A stretch of DNA of 11,631 bases from Chthonomonadales bacterium (GCA_038217285.1 JBBQPO010000201.1:1-11631); one strand, 5' to 3'; counted from the first letter of the stretch, positions 1 to 7,017 are shown. Translations and numbers: made by a program. The notes: generated from the letters alone by a model not told the origin.

Positions 1-51
1 GCCTCTTGACGGACAGTCGAGATTAGGGCAAAATGTAGGTTGTGGGTGCAT
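1..51 (-). CDS. Probable IS1-family transposase, N-terminal 17 aa only (MHPQPTFCPNLDCPSRG...), truncated by the window edge
   Basis: Manual translation, not in the ORF track. GGAGG SD at 61-57 lies 5 nt before the ATG at 51. FCPNxxCPxRG resembles the zinc-finger-like N-terminus I recall from IS1-like transposases. Confidence 0.6.
   Translation of the reverse strand, partial: MHPQPTFCPNLDCPSRG
6..34 (+). promoter_or_regulatory. Sigma70-type promoter antisense to the transposase start
   Basis: TTGACG (6-11), 17-nt spacer, CAAAAT (29-34). Confidence 0.45.
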
Positions 52-104
52 GGAAACCTCCTAAGTTGGATGTGGTAATCAAACTTACGAAGGACATGCC
101 CCAC
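42..104. other. Extended imperfect stem-loop covering the transposase SD and start codon
   Basis: Pairings GTGGG 42-46/CCCAC 100-104, GCATG 48-52/CATGC 95-99, CCT 57-59/AGG 91-93 and TAAGTT 62-67/AACTTA 82-87. TTTT follows on the + strand. Confidence 0.65.
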
Positions 105-314
105 TTTTCACATTTTCACCGTTTGATGCGGTTCTACCAAGCAGACCGATGAGGCTCAGTAATATTGGTTATCTACGTGTCTACCGCCCCAGGGCTGACA
201 TATCCCGGAACAGAGCCAGATGTTCCGTCAGTTTGAAGGTTGTCGGATAGTTGTCTGGAACTGGGCGCTAACACGCCGGATGGAGCACTTCAAGCGGACA
301 GGGTCCAGCAAAGG

Positions 315-344
315 ATGAAGGATGAGAATTGATTCATCCCTCAT
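315..344. repeat. 11-bp imperfect inverted repeat, a possible terminator-like hairpin downstream of the HAD gene
   Basis: ATGAAGGATGA (315-325) and TCATCCCTCAT (334-344), one mismatch, 8-nt loop. Confidence 0.4.
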
Positions 345-435
345 ATGTTATCTTTTACTAGACGTTTGTGGAGAAAATGTCAGACTGCTGAAAAGAAGCA
401 GTTCTTCCGCGAAGCAGAAAACTCTCACCACGGCT

Positions 436-1200
436 TTAGCCATGGTGAGAGTCCACGAACTTTACCAGATCCGTCAGATTTGCGCCTATAGCGTCCGGAG
501 CAATATCCAACTGCTCGGCAGGGAGATGCGCCCGATTGGCCCAGAACGTGGGATAGCCGAACCATTTCGCGCCAGCGGCATCCCACCCGGCGTAGGCAAC
601 GAAGAGAATCTCCTCGCGCTTGAGCCGGAAGGCGTCCATCCCCATTTGATAGGCGCGCGGCGCAGGTTTGTAGGTTTTTACCCTGTCGGTGCTGAGGATG
701 TGTTCGAACATACCGTGCAGGTGTGAGTTCTTGATACCGGCGTTGAGCATCGTGGGAGTGAATTTGGACAAGAAGGCGAGCCGTATGCCTGCCTCCCGGA
801 GTGACGTGAGGGCCGGGACGACATCGGGCCAGGTTTTAAGTTCCAGGTAAGCCTGCATAAGCCGAGCGCGCTTTTCCGGCGTGAGTTCAATCGGAAGCGT
901 TTTGGCGGCGAACACCAGCGCATCTTCCGTGACTTTCCAGAAATCGGCATAGTGGTGCGACATACTCCGCAGCCAGGTGTACTCGAACTGCCGTGTACGC
1001 CACGCACTGCTCAGATCGCCGCCTTTCCCAGGAAACAGCTCTTCGGCCAGCGCGAAGATGGGCCTGGGATCAAAGATAGGAAAGGCATCGAACGCAATGG
1101 CTTTGATCTTCGATTTCGGAGCGGCCAGCACAGACGGAGACGACATCAGCACTCCCGTTGCCACGCTCCCGGCCAAAAATTCACTACGGCTAATAGGCAT
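436..1200 (-). CDS. Haloacid dehalogenase type II (HAD superfamily) with a Tat-like signal peptide, about 254 aa
   Basis: Motifs AFDAFPIFDP, WRTRQFEYTW, YKPAPRAY and GWDAAGAK. Start moved from 1413 to ATG 1200 (alternative 1203) because GGAGGT lies at 1210-1205 and the upstream extension overlaps the galU-like gene. Confidence 0.85.
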   Translation of the reverse strand: MPISRSEFLAGSVATGVLMSSPSVLAAPKSKIKAIAFDAFPIFDPRPIFALAEELFPGKGGDLSSAWRTRQFEYTWLRSMSHHYADFWKVTEDALVFAAKTLPIELTPEKRARLMQAYLELKTWPDVVPALTSLREAGIRLAFLSKFTPTMLNAGIKNSHLHGMFEHILSTDRVKTYKPAPRAYQMGMDAFRLKREEILFVAYAGWDAAGAKWFGYPTFWANRAHLPAEQLDIAPDAIGANLTDLVKFVDSHHG

Positions 1201-1243
1201 CATTACCTCCCTTGGAGAATGCACCGAACACAAACGAAGCCAC

Positions 1244-2221
1244 TCAGTCGCGGAAGGGTTCGGGGATGGCGCGGTGGGGGACAGCCAGGGTGCGGACGAG
1301 TTCGGCGAGCATCTGCTCTTTGTAGACGGAGTTGAGGGCGAGCGCGGCCTGGGTCTGGGCGTAGCCGAAGGGGATGCCGATGTCGTGGCGGTCGCCGATA
1401 GTCTCGTAGGCATAATACTTCTCGCCGCCAGCGCGGAAGCGCTCCTGCGCGGCGGTGAACTGGAACTCGCCCTTCTCGCGCAGGTCGTTGTCGATGGCGT
1501 ATTTCAGGCAGTCGAAGATGCCAGGATTCATGACATGCATGCCGAAGAAGCAGAGATACATCCCGTGCAGCAGCCCTTGCTGCTGAAGATGCTGCTCGGC
1601 ATACTCCACCGAGGGCTTCTCGACGATGGTGGCGACATCGTAGACGGCGGGGCGCTCGGAAACCCGCTCCCCGCAGACCGTGCCGAAGAGGTGCAGTAGC
1701 TCGGTCGGAGTCTGCTGCACGGCGGAGACGCTGCCTCCGTACTGCTCGTAGACGTCGAGCACCTGCCGCGCGCAAGGGCGCTCCTCCCCACTCGTATAGA
1801 TATGGTCGCCCAGCATGATCAGGAACGGCTCGTCTCCCACAAACTCCCGCGCCGAATAGACCGCGTGCCCATACCCTTCAGGCTTTTCCTGCACCGCGAA
1901 TGTGAGCCGTGCCGCGATCTGCTGAATGCGCGCCGATTCGAGCAGGGCCCAGTCTTTGCCCTGGAAGGTGCGCAGATCCTCCGGGGTAAGCGGGGCGAAA
2001 TGCTGCTCGATCTGATGCCGGTTGTGCGGATTGACGATCAGGCAGACCTCCTCGATCCCACTGGCCAATGCCTCCTCGATGATGATCTGAATGACGGGCC
2101 GGCAGAGGCCATCGACATCCATGAGCGGCAGCATCTCTTTTTGAATGGTCGTCGTGGCAGGATACATCCGTGTCCCGCGCCCCGCCGCCGTAATCACCGC
2201 CTTGCGTACCCTATCAGCCAA
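1244..2221 (-). CDS. galU: UTP--glucose-1-phosphate uridylyltransferase-like sugar-1-phosphate nucleotidyltransferase, 325 aa
   Basis: KAVITAAGRGTR...KEMLP, QEKPEGYGHAV, LGDH and IVEKP motifs. TTG start with GAGGAG SD at 2234-2229. The sugar substrate is uncertain. Confidence 0.85.
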   Translation of the reverse strand: MADRVRKAVITAAGRGTRMYPATTTIQKEMLPLMDVDGLCRPVIQIIIEEALASGIEEVCLIVNPHNRHQIEQHFAPLTPEDLRTFQGKDWALLESARIQQIAARLTFAVQEKPEGYGHAVYSAREFVGDEPFLIMLGDHIYTSGEERPCARQVLDVYEQYGGSVSAVQQTPTELLHLFGTVCGERVSERPAVYDVATIVEKPSVEYAEQHLQQQGLLHGMYLCFFGMHVMNPGIFDCLKYAIDNDLREKGEFQFTAAQERFRAGGEKYYAYETIGDRHDIGIPFGYAQTQAALALNSVYKEQMLAELVRTLAVPHRAIPEPFRD

Positions 2222-2256
2222 TGGTTCTCTCCTCGAATTCCCGAGCGGGCATTCCT

Positions 2257-2283
2257 AATCCTGTCAATCCTGAAAATCCTGTC
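2257..2283. repeat. Intergenic 9-bp tandem repeat, three copies
   Basis: AATCCTGTC AATCCTGAA AATCCTGTC between the kinase stop and the nucleotidyltransferase SD. Confidence 0.8.
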
Positions 2284-2299
2284 TCAAAAACGTCTCTCT

Positions 2300-3790
2300 T
2301 CAGCCTCGCGGAATAAGGCGCGCGCCGAAGGCGACGGCTCCCGGCGAGCTGCCGACGAAGGTGCGCGGCGTGATGCCGGTGCGCCCGGCGTAGAGGGCAC
2401 AGACTTCGCGCAGGGCGTCCTCCGCCTCCGGGGTGTCGAGGCAGAGCACGGCGACCGTGCCTCCCGCGCCTCCGCCCGTGATCTTTGCGCCGTAGAGACC
2501 CCGCGCCGCGCCGCGCTCCCGCACCAGCTCGACCAAAATGTCCGTTTCGCGTGATCCAAGATCGAGGCGCTCGCTATACGAAGTGTGCGCCGCATACATC
2601 AGGCGGCCCGCCTCGATAAGCACTGGCTCGTCCAGCACCGCGTGACCATGGACCGCAATGCTCTCGTCGTGTCGTATGACCGCGATCTGCAGTAGGGCGA
2701 ACAGATGCTTGGCCCGCTCGTTCTCCAGAATCGGATGCTCGGCGCAGGCGCGCGGGCGGTAGGTCTCTACGGGATCGACGCGTGTGACGAGGTCGGGCAG
2801 GCGCCCGTAGAGGTCGTGATACTCCGCGCCGGTGAGCGTCTCCGGGATCAGTTCGCGATAGGCGAGGAACTCATCGGGACTCATATTGCACAGGTAGTTG
2901 TCGAGCAGCTTGCCTCCGCTCTCCAACTGAATGATCTTCAGGCCCATAAATGCGCCGACACGAGCGCGGGCATAGGCCGTGCCGCCGATCGAGTGCTTGA
3001 CGCCCGAATCGATCCCGACCAGCCGCCATCCCGCCGGGATCTGCTGCGTTCCCAGCAGCTCGTGCGGCTGACAGCGCAGCACCGTCAGGGCGTTGGCCTC
3101 GCCGAGCGCCACCGTCACCTGATCCATGATACCGCAGGGCGCGCCGACCAGGGCGTTCTCGACACGCTGGCACCACGCCGCGAGAGTCAGGTCGCTGGGC
3201 TGTACGCCCGAGGCCTCGCTGAGCGCCATCATGGTCGCCACCTCGATGGCGGCGGAGGAGGAGACGCCCGCGCCAAGCGGCACGTCGCTCTTCAGCAGAA
3301 TGTTCGCGCCCTGCTCCCCGAGCCGCGAATCGACCCGGCCCTGCGAAACCTTGCTGTAAGCGGCAAGGAGCACATAGTAGCAGCCTGCGAGATAGGCGGC
3401 CCAGCGCGACGAGGGCTCGGCCGTCAGATGGCGGTGGACCTCGTCGAGGGGACGCATCCGATTTTCGCTGTCGATCAGGTCGTCGAGCGCCAGCGTCACC
3501 TCCGGAGTCAGACCTGCGCTCTCTGCGCCGACGGTGCGAATGCGCAGCTTGCGGTCTTCGCGCCACTGCCACGCGACACAGGCCGCCTCCGCAATGGGCA
3601 TCTCCAGCACGATGCTCCCAGAGTAGTCCGCGACCCCGCCCATCACATCCAGCCGACCCGGCGCCCGCGCGCCCGCAATAGGCCCGGTGGAATCGAAAAA
3701 CTCCGTTTGAGCGCGCACCAGCGCTTCGAACTCCCGCCACTGCGCCTCCGCGTCAGGCGGCGCGACAAACAGCATTTCAGCCTCACTCAT
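2300..3790 (-). CDS. GHMP-family sugar kinase (galactokinase / L-arabinokinase-like), 496 aa
   Basis: GHMP motifs APGRLDVMGGVADYSGS, VPLGAGVSSSAA, CGIMDQ and GAKITGGGAGG. AAGGA SD before the ATG at 3790. Confidence 0.9.
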   Translation of the reverse strand: MSEAEMLFVAPPDAEAQWREFEALVRAQTEFFDSTGPIAGARAPGRLDVMGGVADYSGSIVLEMPIAEAACVAWQWREDRKLRIRTVGAESAGLTPEVTLALDDLIDSENRMRPLDEVHRHLTAEPSSRWAAYLAGCYYVLLAAYSKVSQGRVDSRLGEQGANILLKSDVPLGAGVSSSAAIEVATMMALSEASGVQPSDLTLAAWCQRVENALVGAPCGIMDQVTVALGEANALTVLRCQPHELLGTQQIPAGWRLVGIDSGVKHSIGGTAYARARVGAFMGLKIIQLESGGKLLDNYLCNMSPDEFLAYRELIPETLTGAEYHDLYGRLPDLVTRVDPVETYRPRACAEHPILENERAKHLFALLQIAVIRHDESIAVHGHAVLDEPVLIEAGRLMYAAHTSYSERLDLGSRETDILVELVRERGAARGLYGAKITGGGAGGTVAVLCLDTPEAEDALREVCALYAGRTGITPRTFVGSSPGAVAFGARLIPRG

Positions 3791-3887
3791 AACTTTCCTT
3801 AACAGGCTCCCCTTCCAGGCTGCGGAGGGCGGTCCGTTCCCGCTCGTCCGTATCCAGGTTGACGGTCACATGTAGTGTCATAATCAT
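3783..3887 (-). CDS. Small 34-aa leader ORF (MIMTLHVTVNLDTDERERTALRSLEGEPVKESYE)
   Basis: Manual translation. TAAGGAG SD at 3900-3894, directly after a consensus promoter. Its stop overlaps the kinase start (ATGAGTGA). Confidence 0.5.
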   Translation of the reverse strand: MIMTLHVTVNLDTDERERTALRSLEGEPVKESYE

Positions 3888-3906
3888 AGGTCTCTCCTTA
3901 TTCAAC

Positions 3907-3935
3907 ATCGTAGCCTACAAGAGAGCGAATGTCAA
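3907..3935 (-). promoter_or_regulatory. Sigma70-type promoter for the leader ORF / kinase operon
   Basis: TTGACA (3935-3930), 17-nt spacer, TACGAT (3912-3907). Confidence 0.75.
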
Positions 3936-3991
3936 GGGGCATTCCGGCAACCCTGCTTTACGCGGGAGGAGTCGGGGTGATAATGCAAAGA

Positions 3992-4022
3992 CAACGGCGC
4001 CGGTAGGATACCGGCGCCGTTG
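3992..4022 (-). terminator. Intrinsic terminator-like hairpin after the Spy/CpxP-like gene
   Basis: Perfect 14-bp stem CAACGGCGCCGGTA/TACCGGCGCCGTTG with a 3-nt loop, followed by TCTTTG on the minus strand. Confidence 0.7.
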
Positions 4023-4068
4023 CGCTGTAGGGAGAGACGGCTCCTGTAAAAGCAGCCGACTGCGGGAA

Positions 4069-4827
4069 CTAGATCTGGGGCGGGGCGCCGGGAGGAGGAG
4101 CGCCCGGGCGACCACCGCGTCCGCCGCCCTGGGGCTGCGGATGATCTTTGAGGTACGCCTCCAGCTTGTTCTTCTGGGAGAGGTTCAGAACGTTCATCGC
4201 TTTTTCGGTCGTGGCCTTTCGCATATCCTGCATCGCCTGCCGGTCGATCTGGCCGCCGTTCGCCTGGGCCTCCTGTCGTTTCGCCCGCATCTCTTTCTGA
4301 CTGTCATCGGAGATGGTGACGATCTGGGTGCGCTGCGTTTCGGACAGTTTCAGATCGGCGAGGACTTCGATGGGAATGCCGACCGAGCGAAGCGCCCCGA
4401 ACTCCTTGTTCATGTCGGCCATCATCTTCTTCTGGTCGTCGGTGAGGAGAGCGGTGATGTCGGCATCCGCTTTGGCGACGGCTGCCCCACGCTTCTGACC
4501 CATATCGCGGCGCACTTGAGGATCGACCGGCGTGTTGGGATCGGCGGGCGGAGGCGTAAAGGCCTTGGCGTCCTCTTTGTACTGGGTCTGGATGGCGGTG
4601 ATCTTGTTTTTCTGATCGGCCGTCAATTTCAGAGAAGTGTTAAGGTAACTGATCGGCAGGATGACCATGCCGCCGCCGCGACCAAAACCGCCCTGGCCCT
4701 GGCGACCTCCCCCTTGCCCTGACTGCCCCGGCGTAGCCTGTCCGGCGCCCTGCGCAAGTGCGGTAAGAGAGACTGCGGAGAGCAGGAAGAGAGTAGCGCA
4801 AGCCAGCCCGATTTTTCCGAATTTCAT
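4069..4827 (-). CDS. Secreted LTXXQ-motif protein (Spy/CpxP-like), about 252 aa
   Basis: Signal peptide MKFGKIGLACATLFLLSAVSLTALA. Motifs LKLTADQK, LLTDDQK, LKLSETQR and LNLSQK. Gly/Gln- and Pro-rich ends. AAGGAGGT SD at 4845-4838 supports the start at 4827 rather than 4902. Confidence 0.7.
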   Translation of the reverse strand: MKFGKIGLACATLFLLSAVSLTALAQGAGQATPGQSGQGGGRQGQGGFGRGGGMVILPISYLNTSLKLTADQKNKITAIQTQYKEDAKAFTPPPADPNTPVDPQVRRDMGQKRGAAVAKADADITALLTDDQKKMMADMNKEFGALRSVGIPIEVLADLKLSETQRTQIVTISDDSQKEMRAKRQEAQANGGQIDRQAMQDMRKATTEKAMNVLNLSQKNKLEAYLKDHPQPQGGGRGGRPGAPPPGAPPQI

Positions 4828-4915
4828 CTTGAGAATAACCTCCTTCAGGTGGTTAACACACGAAGCTCCATGAAGGCGCACGTCCAAGTGCGTCGCATTC
4901 ATATCCGGAAAGATG

Positions 4916-4940
4916 GACGAGACCGATTTGCAAACGTTTC
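4916..4940 (-). promoter_or_regulatory. Candidate ECF sigma-factor promoter
   Basis: GAAAC (4940-4936), 16-nt spacer, CGTC (4919-4916), matching the Bacillus SigW/SigM-type layout. Confidence 0.5.
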
Positions 4941-4950
4941 TATAGATTCG

Positions 4951-7017
4951 TCACCGCACACGCGAACCGGTCGGAACCACCGCGTCGGGATGGACGAGAA
5001 CGGCCCGGCCCTCCACATCAGCAGCCAGCAGCATGCCCTGCGACTCGATGCCGCGCATCTTGCGGGGCAGCAGATTGGCGACCACCACGACCTGCTTCCC
5101 GACCAGATCTTCCGGCTTATAGTACTCCGCGATGCCGGAGAGAATCGTCCGGGTCTCGTCCTCGCCGGTCTGCACGGCGAGGCGCAGCAGCTTGGTGGCG
5201 TTCGGGACGGCCTCGGCGGCCAGCACTTCACCGATCAGGAGCTGCACCTTCATAAAATCGTCTATGGTGATCGGCGCGACGGTTTCGGGCGCGATTTCGG
5301 CAGGGGCGACCGGTGTGCCGGGCTTCGGCGCAGATTCGGGGGCTGTTTCGCTCACGGGTGGTGATGTCTCCTTGGAAGATTGCAAAGCGTTCGGTGGGTT
5401 CGCGCTGCCGAGGGCGAAGAGAGTGAGGTCGTCTACGGTCAGCTCCTGTATGCGCGGAAAGACCGGCTGCGGCGCGTTGACCCGCGTGCCCGCTGGCAGC
5501 CCGCCCCACGCCAGGTCTGCCCAGCGCGTGGCAGCGACCGGTTCCGTCAGACCAATTTGGGAGCGCAGCGCGTCGGCGGCGACCGGCAGGAACGGGCTGA
5601 CGAGGATCGAGACGATACGCACGACCTCCAGGCAGGCGTAGAGCACGCTGTGCAGCGCCTCCCGCGCGTCGGCATCGCCGCCACCCGCCGCTTTGGCCAG
5701 CGCCCAGGGCGCTTTCTCGTCGATATACTTGTTCATGCGCGCCACCAGCCGCCACGTCGATTCGAGCGCGGCGTTGAGGCGACAGTCCGCGAAGGCGCGC
5801 GCGGTCTCCTCCTGAACCAGCAGGGAGAGGGCTGCGATCTCCGGGTCGTGCGCCGTGACAACTGGCACCACGCCGTCGCAGTAGCGCACCAGCATGTTGA
5901 GGGTGCGGTTGAGCAGGTTGCCCAGGTCGTTGGCGAGGTCCGTGTTGTAGCGGCGCAGGCAGTTCTCGACCGTGAACTCGGTGTCCAGACCGTAGTTCAT
6001 TTCGCGGCAGAGCAGATAGCGAACCGCGTCGGAGGCGAGATCGAAAGAGGTGCCGGAGCGCTCGGCGATAAGCTGTGTGAAGCGCGTCGGGTGCGGCAGG
6101 CTGGCGCCCGTCTTGCCGCCCTTCGCGCCCTGCACCGTCCACCAGCCGTGCGCGTAGACCTGTTTCGGCAGCGGCAGATCGAGGGCCATCAGCATGGCGG
6201 GCCAGAGGGTGGCGTGGAAGCGCACGAAGATCTCTTTGCCCATGAAGTGCAGGTCGGCGGGCCACTTCTCCTGCCAGGCCGGGTCATCGGGCCAGCCGAC
6301 GGCGGCGAGATAGTTGATCAGCGCATCGAACCAGACATAGATGTAGTTCGCCGGATCGCCGGGCACCTGAATGCCCCAGCCGCGATAGGGGCGGGTGATG
6401 CTCATATCCCGCAGCCCCTCGTTGATAAAACCGACGACCTCGTTGCGGCGGAACTCCGGCAGCAGAAAGCCGGGGTTCGCCTCGATATGGGCCAGAAGCC
6501 GCTCTCCGAAGGCGGAGAGTCGGAAAAACCAGTTCTGCTCCTGGGTCCGCACGACGGGCTTGCCGCTCTCGATGGCGAAGCCGTCCTTCACTTCGTTGTC
6601 GCGGAAGAAGGTCTCGTCACTGACGGAGTACCAGCCCTCATAGGTATCCAGATAGATGTAGCCGCGGTCGCGCAGCCGGGAGAAAAACTCCTGCACGGCG
6701 TGGACGTGGCGCGGCTCGGTGGTGCGGATAAAGTCGTCGCAGGCGACATGAAGCTCTTTCCAGCACTCCTCGAAGGCGCCCGCCAGTCCGTCCACGAACT
6801 CTTGCGTCGGCACACCCGCCTTCTCCGCCGCCTCCTGCACCTTCGTGGCGTTCTCATCGGTACCCGTCAGCATCCAGGTCTTGCGCCCATGCAGACGCTG
6901 ATACCGCGCCAGCACATCGCAGGAGATGGTCGTCAGGGCGGAGCCGACATGCGGCAGGCCGTTGACATAGTAGATCGGCGTGGTGATATAGTAGGTTTTC
7001 GGTTCGGCTTCGGGCAT
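4951..7017 (-). CDS. metG: Methionine--tRNA ligase with C-terminal OB-fold tRNA-binding domain, 688 aa
   Basis: YITTPIYYVNGLPHVG, GTDE, DFIRTT, YVWFDALINY and LANDLGNLLNR motifs. C-terminal ANLLPRKMRGIESQGMLL. Confidence 0.97.
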   Translation of the reverse strand: MPEAEPKTYYITTPIYYVNGLPHVGSALTTISCDVLARYQRLHGRKTWMLTGTDENATKVQEAAEKAGVPTQEFVDGLAGAFEECWKELHVACDDFIRTTEPRHVHAVQEFFSRLRDRGYIYLDTYEGWYSVSDETFFRDNEVKDGFAIESGKPVVRTQEQNWFFRLSAFGERLLAHIEANPGFLLPEFRRNEVVGFINEGLRDMSITRPYRGWGIQVPGDPANYIYVWFDALINYLAAVGWPDDPAWQEKWPADLHFMGKEIFVRFHATLWPAMLMALDLPLPKQVYAHGWWTVQGAKGGKTGASLPHPTRFTQLIAERSGTSFDLASDAVRYLLCREMNYGLDTEFTVENCLRRYNTDLANDLGNLLNRTLNMLVRYCDGVVPVVTAHDPEIAALSLLVQEETARAFADCRLNAALESTWRLVARMNKYIDEKAPWALAKAAGGGDADAREALHSVLYACLEVVRIVSILVSPFLPVAADALRSQIGLTEPVAATRWADLAWGGLPAGTRVNAPQPVFPRIQELTVDDLTLFALGSANPPNALQSSKETSPPVSETAPESAPKPGTPVAPAEIAPETVAPITIDDFMKVQLLIGEVLAAEAVPNATKLLRLAVQTGEDETRTILSGIAEYYKPEDLVGKQVVVVANLLPRKMRGIESQGMLLAADVEGRAVLVHPDAVVPTGSRVR

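Larger units (their letters stand above)
1..138 (-). mobile_element. Left end of a probable IS1-family insertion sequence, continuing beyond the window start
   Basis: The minus strand from 138 reads GGTAGAACCGCATCAAACGGTG, a GGT-initiated end like IS1-family inverted repeats. 87 nt further on is an SD-led ORF beginning with a CPNxxC motif. GC is low (56 of the first 120 nt). The second IR is not in the window. Confidence 0.6.

Noticed and set aside
96..152. + strand 18-aa ORF MPHFSHFHRLMRFYQADR after AAGGA
   Set aside because: The SD is only 1 nt from the ATG, and both are explained as the complementary arm of the IS hairpin.
206..227. Short hairpin CGGAACA/TGTTCCG
   Set aside because: A 7-bp stem with no U-tract and no second copy could arise by chance.
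1201..1413. Pro/Ser-rich N-terminal extension of the HAD ORF
   Set aside because: It overlaps the 3' end of the galU-like gene in another frame, and a good SD supports the start at 1200.
3859..3884. + strand TTGACG...CATAAT promoter-like pair
   Set aside because: The spacer is only 14 nt and no plausible + strand gene follows.
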